Positions 49,620 through 59,742 of a stretch of 64,000 nt of DNA are shown here, one piece after another. How positions within the stretch are numbered: position 1 is the first letter of the stretch; every line of letters starts with the position of its first letter. This stretch comes from a virus. Taxonomy: Duplodnaviria > Heunggongvirae > Uroviricota > Caudoviricetes. The position numbers and the translations under genes were made by a program. The DNA is taken from positions 1-64,000 of the IMG/VR virus record IMGVR_UViG_3300010356_001624, one strand, 5' to 3'. The notes under the pieces are model-generated. The model did no database searches. It was not told the origin of the DNA and saw only the letters and a program-made list of their open reading frames with translations.

Positions 49620-49743
49620 TTTTAATTAATATTTTTCTATATATATAATACGTTTTTTTTATAAAAATCTTGAAATTTTTATAATTTTATTTTTTTGTAG
49701 TATTTATAAAAAAAATAATGGTTATTTATAAAAATTTATAAAA

Positions 49744-50673
49744 ATGTCTGAAGAAAAAAATTTTTCTCAAAAAAAGGGTATTTCTGACCTTCTAAAAAAA
49801 TATAGAAGTCAAAAAGATAATGTTGAAAATGAAAATACAAATCAAATCAACATTCCAAAACCACAAGAAAATACACCTAATTTACAACAATTTAATCATG
49901 AAGAATTTGAAAAAGCCATGTCTAAAGAAACCGACCCAGATTTAATTACAACTTATGAAATTGTTAAATTACCATCTAAAGGTTTATTTTATAAAAATGG
50001 TCTTTCTGAAATAAATGTCGAATATATGACATCAAAAGATGAAGATTTATTAACTACTTCATCATTAATTGAAAGTGGTGTTGTTTTAGACTTACTATTG
50101 AAAAGAAAAATAAAAACACCAAATGTTAATTCAGAAGATTTATTACCAGGTGACCGTAATGCAATTTTACTGTTTTTACGTATAACAAGTTATGGTTCTG
50201 ATTATACTGTTCAAGTAACTGACCCAAGAACAGGTGTTCCATTTAAAACAACAGTTGATTTAACAAAACTTAAATATAAAAAAATTGAAGAAAAACCAAA
50301 CGATAATGGTTTGTTTAGTGTTGATTTACCAATGCGTAAAAAAAATGTACTTTTTAAACTATTAACTGTTGGTGAAGATACAAGAATATATAAAACTGCT
50401 GAATCTTTAAAAGAAGCAAAAAATGAAGAATTTAGTCAGTATTCTACCATGAGATTAGTTGCAAGTATTGTATCAATAGATGGTAATACTAATAAAACAT
50501 ATATTAGTAAGTTTGTTGATGCAATGCCAGCATTGGATGCATACGCAATTCGTAAAAAAATGTTGGATGTTAGTCCTGATGTTGATATGGATTATGTCTT
50601 TACTGCTAAAGATGGATATACTTTCAATGCTAATTTAACAATTGGTTTAGATTTTTTTTTCCCAAGCATCTAG
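49744..50673 (+). CDS. putative tail assembly chaperone (lambda gpG / P2 gpE analogue), 0-frame product
   Basis: Its position immediately upstream of the tape measure gene. A T9 slippery tract (50652-50660) lies 4 codons before its stop, and an open -1 frame continues downstream. Confidence 0.5.
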   Translation: MSEEKNFSQKKGISDLLKKYRSQKDNVENENTNQINIPKPQENTPNLQQFNHEEFEKAMSKETDPDLITTYEIVKLPSKGLFYKNGLSEINVEYMTSKDEDLLTTSSLIESGVVLDLLLKRKIKTPNVNSEDLLPGDRNAILLFLRITSYGSDYTVQVTDPRTGVPFKTTVDLTKLKYKKIEEKPNDNGLFSVDLPMRKKNVLFKLLTVGEDTRIYKTAESLKEAKNEEFSQYSTMRLVASIVSIDGNTNKTYISKFVDAMPALDAYAIRKKMLDVSPDVDMDYVFTAKDGYTFNANLTIGLDFFFPSI

Positions 50674-50861
50674 CGGAAGATTATAAAAAAATGGTAAATG
50701 AAGAAATTTATGTTCTTACTAAACACGCTAAATTTCAAAGCGAATATATTGAAAATATACCCGTTTATCGAAGAAGATATTTTTTATATCTGTTTGAAAA
50801 AGAAATGGAAGAATTAAAAAAACTACAAGAAAAAGAAATCAAAAAAAGACCAAGATTTTAA
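50634..50861 (+). CDS. -1 frame extension, candidate frameshifted C-terminal (GT/E'-like) part of the chaperone. As a stand-alone ORF it is 56 aa (50691-50861).
   Basis: The -1 frame is open from 50634 across the heptamer T TTT TTC (X XXY YYZ) through 50861. The stop is followed by a hairpin and T-run. Confidence 0.4.
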   Translation, partial: FNNWFRFFFPKHLAEDYKKMVNEEIYVLTKHAKFQSEYIENIPVYRRRYFLYLFEKEMEELKKLQEKEIKKRPRF

Positions 50862-50878
50862 AATTTTGGTCTTTTTTT
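50846..50878 (+). terminator. candidate terminator: agaccaa ... ttggtct stem followed by a T-run
   Basis: aaagaccaagattttaaaattttggtctttttttattt; the stem is imperfect in its middle. Confidence 0.4.
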
Positions 50879-50949
50879 ATTTATAATAATCGTAATTTAA
50901 AATTTTATTAAAATTTACCAATAACTATTTATAGTAAAATATTATCACT

Positions 50950-53538
50950 ATGAGCAAAATGTCACCTGAAGAAGTTAGAAAAACATTTGAAGAATATCAA
51001 AAATTAAATAAAGAACTTCAAAAATCAAGAAAATCTTTAATTAATCTTGGTGATTATGAACGTGCTAGAGCAATTACTGTTGAAATTATTGCAAATAATG
51101 AAAAAATTGTAAATCAATTAAAAAATAATACTAAAGGTTTAACAGACGAACAATTAAAACAATACAATAAATTAATTGATGTTCAAAAAGAATTAAATAA
51201 CGAACTTGATAATGAATATAAAAGAAGAAAACATATTATAAGTTCATTAAAACATAGTTTTGATTTATTAGTAAGTGGTTATAAATATTTACAACAACAG
51301 GATAAAATCATAAAAAATACCATTCTTAATCTAGGAATGAGTGGGAACAAAGCAGAATTAATGCGAGGTTCTTTTGAAAGAAGTGCAATGTTTGTTGCTA
51401 GATTGGGTGGTAATCTTGAAGTTATTCAAACCATGATGACTGGATTTGCCGATGAAACAGGTAGGTCACGTGCATTAACATCAGATATGGTTAAGGATAT
51501 TACTGTTATTGGTAAAGGTACTGGTCTTGGAATTGAACAGGCAACTAAACTTTCAGCACAATTTGAAGCAATTGGTATTAATACAAAAGGTGCTTTAGAT
51601 TATGTTCAGGGTGTTGTTGATACTTCTGAAAGAATGGGTGTTAATACCACAAAAGTATTAAAAAATATTACTGATAATTTTAAAAAACTACAAACCTTCC
51701 ATTTTCAACAGGGTGTTAGAGGTTTTAGAGAAATGGCAGAATATGCTGAAAAATTTAAAGTTGATATTTCCGATGCATTAAATTCTGCTGAAATTGCAAG
51801 AACACTTGAAGGGGCTATTGGTATGGTAGCAAATTTACAGGTAATGGGTGGTGAATTTGCTAAATTGGATATGTTTGAAACACTATATTTTGCACGTAAT
51901 GACCCTGCTAAACTTCAAGCAAAAATTGGGGAAATGACAAAGGGTATTGTTACACTTCGTAAAAATAGTGATGGTACTTTTGAAAAATTTATTAGTCCTG
52001 CTGACCGTGATAGGCTTGCTGCTGCTGGTAAAGCATTGGGTATTACTACGGATAAAATGACAGAAATGGCATTAAGAGCATTTGATATCGGAAAAATGTC
52101 ACAGGAATTATCTGGTATGGGTTTAACAAATGAACAAAAACAACTAATTGAAGGTGCTGCATTTTTTAATCAACAAACTGGTAAATTTCAAGTTCAACTT
52201 GGTGAAGATATGAAAAATATCAGTGAATTAACAATACAACAGGCTAAATCTTTTGCACAAGAACAAAAACTATTAAAAGACCGTGCAAAAGAAGCAATGA
52301 CTTTTGATGAAACATTTAAAGCAACAATAGAAATGTTAAAAGCAGGATTATTACCATTATTAAATAATATAAATAAAGCATTGTTATGGATAAGTAAGTA
52401 TTCAGATAAATTATTTGAAGGAAAGGGTATTGTTATTGCTGCTACCACATTATTTGCTGGTGCTAAATTATTTTTTCTTTCTTCAAAACTTCTTAATAGA
52501 GCATTTGATAATTACATATCATATAATAAATTAAGTTTTAGAAATTTAGCAGCAACTAATTCTGGTGGTCTTTCTAGTCTTTTTAGTAAAAGTGTTGGTA
52601 TTGGTGATTCATTAACACCAACAACAGGAAAAGGAAGTAGTGGTTTAGCAGATATGAGAAGGGGTATTGGTGCTGGTGCTGAAGCAAAGGGTATTGGAAT
52701 GAAAAGACTTGGTACTGGTATTGGTGCTGGTGCTGAAGCAAAGGGTATTGGAATGAAAAGACTTGGTACTGGTGCAGGTATTGGTGCTGCTGCTTTAGGA
52801 ATTGGTGGCGGTGTTGCACTTGCTGCTGTTGGTATTAGTAAACTTGCCGATTCTATGAGCAAATTGGATGAAAAACAATTATCTGTTTTAAAAGGAATTG
52901 CCATGACATTAGCCATTTCGTTTCCTGCTGCTGCTCTTGGTATTGCTATTGCAGGTGCTGCTGGTAAACTTGCTGCTCCAGGATTATATGCACTTAGTGT
53001 TGCTGCTTTAGGAATAGGTGCTGCTGTTGGTATTGCTGCTGTTGGAATAGGAATTATGGCAAAAGGAATTGGTGAAATGATTGAAAAAAGTAAAGGTGCT
53101 GGTGATGCAATGCTTAGTGTTGGACTTGGTGTTAGTGCATTATCATTAGCAATGATGGGTTTTACAGCAGGTGCTTTAGGTTTGGGAGTATTTGCATTAA
53201 CAATGAAAACAATAGCAAAACATGCCGATGCTGTTGAAAAGGTAGGTAATGCTTTTGGTAATATAAAAGCAGTAATGTCTGGAACAAAAGAAGATTTTGA
53301 AGCCGTTGAAAGTGCAGTTAAATTAATTTCAAGTGTGAATACAAATAAAGGTAGTGTATTTGCTGAACTTGCAGCATTATTAAAAACACCTTTAAAAGTA
53401 GAATTTGAAAAAAATACAATACCTATTCAAACTGATGTAACGCTTGAAGTTGATGGTGAAAAATTAATGAATAAATCATTTACGAATAGAATTGCTGTTC
53501 AAAAATCAAATGATGCTAAACTTGGTAAGGTAAATTAA
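50950..53538 (+). CDS. tail tape measure protein
   Basis: 862 aa with a long helical N-terminus, Gly/Ala-rich hydrophobic repeats (GIGAGAEAKGIGMKRLGTG x2, AAVGI...), and a position after the chaperone and before a large tail protein. Confidence 0.78.
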   Translation: MSKMSPEEVRKTFEEYQKLNKELQKSRKSLINLGDYERARAITVEIIANNEKIVNQLKNNTKGLTDEQLKQYNKLIDVQKELNNELDNEYKRRKHIISSLKHSFDLLVSGYKYLQQQDKIIKNTILNLGMSGNKAELMRGSFERSAMFVARLGGNLEVIQTMMTGFADETGRSRALTSDMVKDITVIGKGTGLGIEQATKLSAQFEAIGINTKGALDYVQGVVDTSERMGVNTTKVLKNITDNFKKLQTFHFQQGVRGFREMAEYAEKFKVDISDALNSAEIARTLEGAIGMVANLQVMGGEFAKLDMFETLYFARNDPAKLQAKIGEMTKGIVTLRKNSDGTFEKFISPADRDRLAAAGKALGITTDKMTEMALRAFDIGKMSQELSGMGLTNEQKQLIEGAAFFNQQTGKFQVQLGEDMKNISELTIQQAKSFAQEQKLLKDRAKEAMTFDETFKATIEMLKAGLLPLLNNINKALLWISKYSDKLFEGKGIVIAATTLFAGAKLFFLSSKLLNRAFDNYISYNKLSFRNLAATNSGGLSSLFSKSVGIGDSLTPTTGKGSSGLADMRRGIGAGAEAKGIGMKRLGTGIGAGAEAKGIGMKRLGTGAGIGAAALGIGGGVALAAVGISKLADSMSKLDEKQLSVLKGIAMTLAISFPAAALGIAIAGAAGKLAAPGLYALSVAALGIGAAVGIAAVGIGIMAKGIGEMIEKSKGAGDAMLSVGLGVSALSLAMMGFTAGALGLGVFALTMKTIAKHADAVEKVGNAFGNIKAVMSGTKEDFEAVESAVKLISSVNTNKGSVFAELAALLKTPLKVEFEKNTIPIQTDVTLEVDGEKLMNKSFTNRIAVQKSNDAKLGKVN
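52672..52790 (+). repeat. 57-bp in-frame tandem duplication inside the tape measure gene
   Basis: ggtattggtgctggtgctgaagcaaagggtattggaatgaaaagacttggtactggt occurs twice in tandem. Confidence 0.8.
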
Positions 53539-53994
53539 AAAATAATTTAATAAAAATAAAAACAATAAAAATTTGCAAATGTCAAAAATTTTTTATAACT
53601 TTGCCAAGATTTTTATTTTCAATGTAAAAACAATAAAAAGGTAATATTTATTTATTTCAAATAAAAGTAAATAAAAATTCTATTCAAAATCTTTTTTCGT
53701 TTCTACGAAACAAAATCAAAGTTATAATGTTTATAATTAAATTCTACGAATTTAACAAAAAACTTAGATGAAGGGCATATTATATTCAAAAATTTAAAAT
53801 TTTTTTCATTTAAAAAAATCTTACCATTATAATTCATAATTTAAAAATTAAAAATTATTAACACACCTCAATAAAGGAATTGGTTTAATTCAAAATTAAA
53901 TTTTTCGAAAAAGAATATATTTTCCCAATGTAAAGATAATACATATAAAACAATTTAACAAGTATTTATTAAAAATATATAGGATTATATACCA

Positions 53995-56900
53995 ATGGAT
54001 ATTAATTTACCTGAAAATAGTTCAAATTTAATAAGAAAAGATTATATTATTTATAATGATATAAATTATACTCTTGAAGAATTTCTTAATGTAATTTTAA
54101 ATTTAAATAATTTTGACAATAAAAATAATATCCATTATGGTGATGGTGTTTATACTTTTGATGAATTTATAAATTTTATATTATATAGAAATCTTAAAGA
54201 AAATAGATATAGTTTTGATTTAGATTATAAAGATTATGCTACATCAAGTGCTGGAAATTTATTTAGATTTAATAATGATACTAAATTAGGTAATTTTGGA
54301 AATGCACTTCTTGATGTTATACCTCAATATAATTCATTAAATTTATCAAATACTTTAATTGGTCGTGGAATTGATTTTGGATTATTTGGTAACATAACAC
54401 CATTGGAAAGTATTGGTAGTGTTATGTTAGGTAAACAAATGACATTTAATGCTGTATCACAAGCAGCACGTACTACTGCCGATTATCTACCAAGTATTAA
54501 TATTCAAAATTTATTTACGAATGAACCAATTTTTAGTAAACCTGCTGATTATAGTATTACTAAATTAAATATTACTGGTTTTGATTTTGTTGATAATTTA
54601 TTATCACCATCATTTTATAAATCACAACGTATTGATAGTAATTATGAACATATTATAAACGAAAATGAAATTGTTGATTATACAGGTAAAGGTCAATTAA
54701 ATGAATTGTTTAGACAACTAAATTTTAATTTTTATAAATTTAATTCGTTATATGAATATCGTGTTAAATATAATATAAAAGGACAAAAAGATTTAATTGA
54801 TGAATTGAAAGGAAAAAGATTTGATTTTTTTTATAATCCATATTCAATATTATATGGTTCTGATATGATTAAAACATATTCAGATAAATTACCTGAAACA
54901 TATGCTGGTGCAGAAGAATATGTTTCAGATATTCATGATATATCATTTTTTTATGGTAAAACAACTAATCAAGAGTTAACAGAAATTCCTAAAGATTTTA
55001 TAACTAATTATGATTCTGAAGATGATATTCAAAATAACTTAATTTGGGGTAAGGATGGTGTTGGACAAATTGTACATTTTAATTTAGATAATTCAAGGGA
55101 TAAATATACAAAAGAATTAATTAATAATAATATTGAAAATTTCAAAATTAAAAGAGGTTTACTTGAATATACTAAAAATTTATTAAACGTATCATCTGGT
55201 TTTTATGTTGATATGACCAAAAAAATATATAGAGATTTAAATAAAAGAAGAATATATGGATTTAATGGTTCTCCTGTATGGGAAAAAGAATTAACAAAAT
55301 ATTCATCAAAAAATTTTAAAGGTAGAAAAGAAGGTATTCGTCAGCATAATGCATTGGATAAATATGATAAATTTGTAAAGGCAATTAGGTTTGATGGTAA
55401 TATAGCATATAATAAGAGTGGTAATAATAAAGATTCTGTAATATATAATTCAGTAATGCCAAAAATACATCCAATTAGAGATGATAAAGGAAATGTTGAT
55501 AATAAAAACATGATGTTTAGCATTGAAAATCTTGCTGTTACTGCTGTTAAGGATGAATTAAATAATATTGGTTATATTGATGATGAAGATGGTTCTCAAA
55601 TACCGATAAGTGAGGTAGGACCGTTCAACGGTCGTATTATGTGGTTTCCACCATACGGAATTGAACTTAATGAAACTTCAACAGCAAAATTTGACTCTAC
55701 TGTTATGGTGGGTAGAAATGAACCAATATATACATATATGAATTCAGAAAGAAGTGCAACACTTTCTTTTGTTCTCCTTATTGACCATCCACCTCATTTA
55801 ATTAACTATATGGGTGAAGAAGAATATAAAAAGAAAATTGCTAATTTCTTTGCTTTTGGGGGTGATGATTATTATGAAGATAGTGTTAGTATTAGTGATT
55901 TAACAAAAAGAATTGAAGATATAAAACAAGAAATAGATAATATAAAAAAAGATAATTTAATTAATTCTGGTGAAATAGTTGCTGATGGATTAAATTTAGA
56001 AAATTTACCTTCAATTTATTTTCCAAATGATTATCCAAAAGAAGGTGGGGTTTCAAATGTTATTGATTATATATATAATAATAAATATGAAATAAGTAAT
56101 AAAAATTCTACAATAGAGGGTGATGAAGGTAGTTCAGGATTAAATGACAATATATATGTTTTAAGTGCAGATACATCACAATATAATGCAATTAATGAAA
56201 ATTGTTTATTGAATAAGACATTAAAAGAAGTTTATGTTGATAATAATAATAAAAAGGTTATTGGTATTAAACTTGAAGGTTATGCATCAAGACATGGTGA
56301 TAATATAGATGGTTATAATACAATTTTGGTTGAAAGAAGACTTGAAGCAGCAAAAATTTTTATTTTAAAAAGATTAAATGCATTATTTCCTAATAATGAT
56401 TTTGTTGATGAAGATATTTTTATTGAAATAGTAAATAAAGGTTCTAATTATAGTGATGATGTAGATGATAAAAATATTAATGAAGTAAAAGGTGATAGAA
56501 GGGTTGAATTAAGTTTTGTTCATAATGGAAAAACAATATCTGAAGATGGTACTGTTAGTGACAATCAATATGAATTAGAAATAAAAGAATTAGAAAAAGA
56601 ATTAGAAAATTTATATACAACATTATATAGAGCAAGAAATAGAAAGGATAATATATTTACAGAAAGAACAAAAGAAGATAAAGCGATTTTTGATAATTTT
56701 GAATCAATAAAAACGAATCATTATAAACCCATGTATCATTCTCAAACACCAGAGGATTTTCATAAAAGATTAACGTTTTTACAGCAATGTACTAGACAAG
56801 GTTCTTCAGTTAGAAATAGAAATATAAAAGATAAAGATAATTTAACATCAAAAAATTCAGTTTTTGGTAAGCAACCAATATGTATTTTAAGGGTTGGTGA

Positions 56901-57246
56901 TTTCTTTTATACAAAGGTAATTATTAATAATGTTACTGTTGATTACAACGATACAACATGGGATATGAATCCTGAAGGATTTGGTATGCAACCAATGATT
57001 GCAAAGGTTACATTACAAATGAATGTATTGGGTGGTCAATCACTGTCAGGACCTATCGATGCACTTCAAAATGCTGTATCGTATAACTATTATGCCAATT
57101 CAACTTTTACTAATACAGGGATTTATAAAAAGGCAAGTAGAATTGCAAGGGAACAACAAGCATATTTTAAAGAAATAAAAAAGGATATTATTGATAATAT
57201 GAAAAGTAGATATAACGAATTAAAAACAAATAATAATTTATCATAA
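53995..57246 (+). CDS. large tail/baseplate-associated protein with an internal OmpA-like peptidoglycan-binding domain (about nt 56200-56530)
   Basis: LEGYASRHGDNIDGYNTILVERRLEAAKIFILKRL...KGDRRVELSF matches the OmpA_C signature (GHTD..G...YN..LS.RRA.AV..yL...NRRVEI). The gene lies immediately downstream of the tape measure gene. Confidence 0.6.
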   Translation: MDINLPENSSNLIRKDYIIYNDINYTLEEFLNVILNLNNFDNKNNIHYGDGVYTFDEFINFILYRNLKENRYSFDLDYKDYATSSAGNLFRFNNDTKLGNFGNALLDVIPQYNSLNLSNTLIGRGIDFGLFGNITPLESIGSVMLGKQMTFNAVSQAARTTADYLPSINIQNLFTNEPIFSKPADYSITKLNITGFDFVDNLLSPSFYKSQRIDSNYEHIINENEIVDYTGKGQLNELFRQLNFNFYKFNSLYEYRVKYNIKGQKDLIDELKGKRFDFFYNPYSILYGSDMIKTYSDKLPETYAGAEEYVSDIHDISFFYGKTTNQELTEIPKDFITNYDSEDDIQNNLIWGKDGVGQIVHFNLDNSRDKYTKELINNNIENFKIKRGLLEYTKNLLNVSSGFYVDMTKKIYRDLNKRRIYGFNGSPVWEKELTKYSSKNFKGRKEGIRQHNALDKYDKFVKAIRFDGNIAYNKSGNNKDSVIYNSVMPKIHPIRDDKGNVDNKNMMFSIENLAVTAVKDELNNIGYIDDEDGSQIPISEVGPFNGRIMWFPPYGIELNETSTAKFDSTVMVGRNEPIYTYMNSERSATLSFVLLIDHPPHLINYMGEEEYKKKIANFFAFGGDDYYEDSVSISDLTKRIEDIKQEIDNIKKDNLINSGEIVADGLNLENLPSIYFPNDYPKEGGVSNVIDYIYNNKYEISNKNSTIEGDEGSSGLNDNIYVLSADTSQYNAINENCLLNKTLKEVYVDNNNKKVIGIKLEGYASRHGDNIDGYNTILVERRLEAAKIFILKRLNALFPNNDFVDEDIFIEIVNKGSNYSDDVDDKNINEVKGDRRVELSFVHNGKTISEDGTVSDNQYELEIKELEKELENLYTTLYRARNRKDNIFTERTKEDKAIFDNFESIKTNHYKPMYHSQTPEDFHKRLTFLQQCTRQGSSVRNRNIKDKDNLTSKNSVFGKQPICILRVGDFFYTKVIINNVTVDYNDTTWDMNPEGFGMQPMIAKVTLQMNVLGGQSLSGPIDALQNAVSYNYYANSTFTNTGIYKKASRIAREQQAYFKEIKKDIIDNMKSRYNELKTNNNLS

Positions 57247-57257
57247 ATTTTATTATT

Positions 57258-57578
57258 ATGCCAAAATTAGATTATAATAGATATGCCATATTAAAAAAGC
57301 CTGATGGTTCAATTGAACCCATGCCTTTTGTTGATTTACCTGTTAATACTAGTGATAAGTATATTTTTTGGAGTAGTGGTAGTGATAGGTTAGATAAATT
57401 ATCACAAAAATATTATAATAATCCTTTTTACGATTTTTTAATATTATATGCCAATAATGAATATACAAATGAATTTGATATTCCTGATAATGCATTGATT
57501 AGAATACCATTCCCATTAGAGAGGGCAATTTATGATTATGAATTAATTTTAAAAAATCATATGCAACAATTTATTTGA
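57258..57578 (+). CDS. hypothetical protein
   Basis: ORF only. Confidence 0.4.
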   Translation: MPKLDYNRYAILKKPDGSIEPMPFVDLPVNTSDKYIFWSSGSDRLDKLSQKYYNNPFYDFLILYANNEYTNEFDIPDNALIRIPFPLERAIYDYELILKNHMQQFI

Positions 57579-57627
57579 TAATTTAATTTATTTATATTAA
57601 TATTGCAAAATATTAAATTTTTTATAA

Positions 57628-59742
57628 ATGAAAAATAATATTGTTGTTGTTTTTTCATCCCATTTATCTGAAGAAGAAAATCAGAAATTTATTAAACATA
57701 TTAACAATACCATTGGTAAAGTTAAACATGATGTAATTTGCTATTCAAATTTTAATCAGTATAGTCTTACTGAAATTTATAATAAAGCGATTAAAGAACA
57801 TTATAAAAAGGATTCTATATTTGTTGTTTGTCATAATGATATTATTATAGGTACGAGAGATTGGGGTAAATTATTGCTTTTTAAATTTAATCAAACAAAT
57901 TTTGATATTATTGGTGTTGCAGGTAGTACCTATTTACCTGAATCCTGTGTATGGTGGGAAGATAGAACAAAAATGGTTGGTATTGTTGACCATACGGATG
58001 GATATTCTATTTGGACAAGTGAATATTCTAAAGAAAAAAAGGGTGTGATTACACCAGTTGTTTTGGTTGATGGTCTTTTTATTTCTTTTAATCCCGATAC
58101 GATTGTACATAGATTTGATGAAGAATTTAAAGGGTTTCATCTTTATGATTTATCATTTTGTATTCCAAATTGGCTTGATGGTTGTGATATTGGTGTAACA
58201 ACAGATATTAGAATATTACATAAATCAATTGGTGAAACAAATCAACAATGGGATGAAAATAGAAAACAATTAGCGGAAAAATATTATGATGAATTACCAA
58301 TAACAATATTACCAGAATATAATGATTTAATTGTTAATTTATTAACAGAGCCAAAAGTAACAGTAATTATTCCAACAAAAAATAATTTAAAGTATATTAA
58401 AAATAATATTTATTCTTGGAATAATGTTGTTAATTATGATAATTATGAAATAATTATTGCTGATACGGGTAGTGATGAAAGTGTAATTAAGGAATATGAT
58501 TCATTTCTTTCAAATAAAATTAAATTAATAAAATATAATTATTATAATTTTGCTAAAATAAATAATGATGTAGTAAAAAATCATACATCTAATGATACAG
58601 AATTAATACTATTTTGTAATGATGATATAAAATTATTAAATGATAGTCTTAGTAGATGTATTGAAATTTATAATCAAAATAAAGATACTGTTGGTACTAT
58701 TGGTATTAGATTACATTATGGGGATGGTAGTATTCAACATAATGGGATTTTAATGTATAAAGAAAATAATATTTTAAGACTTACACATAAAGATATTAGA
58801 AAAACTGAAAATTATTTTACTGGTATTAATTACGATTCATTGGGAAATACTGGTGGGTTTATGTTAATTAAAAAAGATTTATTTTTAAAATATGGTGGGT
58901 TTAATGAAAACTATATTGAATGTTTGGAAGATGTTGAATTAAATATTAAATGTAAATACGATGGATTAAAAAATATTACAGTTAGTGATGCTGTTGCAAT
59001 TCATTATGAATCTATAAGTAGAAATAAAATTTTGGGTGGTAATGAAAGATTTATGGTTGATTATAATAGATTGATGAATTTTGTAAACGATTTTGAAAAT
59101 AAAGAAAGAGAAATTAAAAGAAATAAAGAAAATAAAAATCCAATTATTAATATTATAACAAGAACACACGATAGACCTAAACATTTTAAAATATGTAGAG
59201 ATTCAATTTTAAATCAAACATATAAAAATATTAATCATATTGTTGGTAGTGATATTGATTGTGATTATTGTGATGATTATATTAAATTAGAATTACAAGA
59301 AGTTCAACCAAAACCAGATAATTTGGCATCATATCCTGCACCTTGGAATTTACACATAAATGTTTTACATAACTATGTAAAAGAAGGTTGGATTATGTAT
59401 TTAGATGATGATGATATGTTTATTAATGAAAATTCTTTAAGTATAATAGTGAATCATATTGAAAATGAAGATGAATTATTGCTTTGGAGAGTAAACATTA
59501 ATGGAAGAATAGTTCCAGATGATAATGGTTTTGGAAAAATTATTGCAGGGAATATATCTGGTATTGGTTTTATGTTTCATTCGAAATATTTACCAATTGA
59601 TTGGGTGTCTTGGAATTTTGGTGATTATAGGGCTATTAAACAATTAGAAAATAAAAAATTAAAACAGAAATGGATTAACCAAGTGTTAACAAAAACACAA
59701 GGTGTTCCAAATTTAGGAAAAAAACCAAATGATTATGAATAG
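57628..59742 (+). CDS. multidomain glycosyltransferase with three GT-A-like modules
   Basis: The middle module reads VTVIIPTKNN...EIIIADTGSDES...CNDDIKLL...IQHNG, which fits GT2 DxD and acceptor-site motifs. The C-terminal module reads INIITRTHDRP...ILNQTY...YLDDDDMF. The N-terminal module reads VVFSSH...VVCHNDIII...LVDGLF. Confidence 0.7.
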   Translation: MKNNIVVVFSSHLSEEENQKFIKHINNTIGKVKHDVICYSNFNQYSLTEIYNKAIKEHYKKDSIFVVCHNDIIIGTRDWGKLLLFKFNQTNFDIIGVAGSTYLPESCVWWEDRTKMVGIVDHTDGYSIWTSEYSKEKKGVITPVVLVDGLFISFNPDTIVHRFDEEFKGFHLYDLSFCIPNWLDGCDIGVTTDIRILHKSIGETNQQWDENRKQLAEKYYDELPITILPEYNDLIVNLLTEPKVTVIIPTKNNLKYIKNNIYSWNNVVNYDNYEIIIADTGSDESVIKEYDSFLSNKIKLIKYNYYNFAKINNDVVKNHTSNDTELILFCNDDIKLLNDSLSRCIEIYNQNKDTVGTIGIRLHYGDGSIQHNGILMYKENNILRLTHKDIRKTENYFTGINYDSLGNTGGFMLIKKDLFLKYGGFNENYIECLEDVELNIKCKYDGLKNITVSDAVAIHYESISRNKILGGNERFMVDYNRLMNFVNDFENKEREIKRNKENKNPIINIITRTHDRPKHFKICRDSILNQTYKNINHIVGSDIDCDYCDDYIKLELQEVQPKPDNLASYPAPWNLHINVLHNYVKEGWIMYLDDDDMFINENSLSIIVNHIENEDELLLWRVNINGRIVPDDNGFGKIIAGNISGIGFMFHSKYLPIDWVSWNFGDYRAIKQLENKKLKQKWINQVLTKTQGVPNLGKKPNDYE

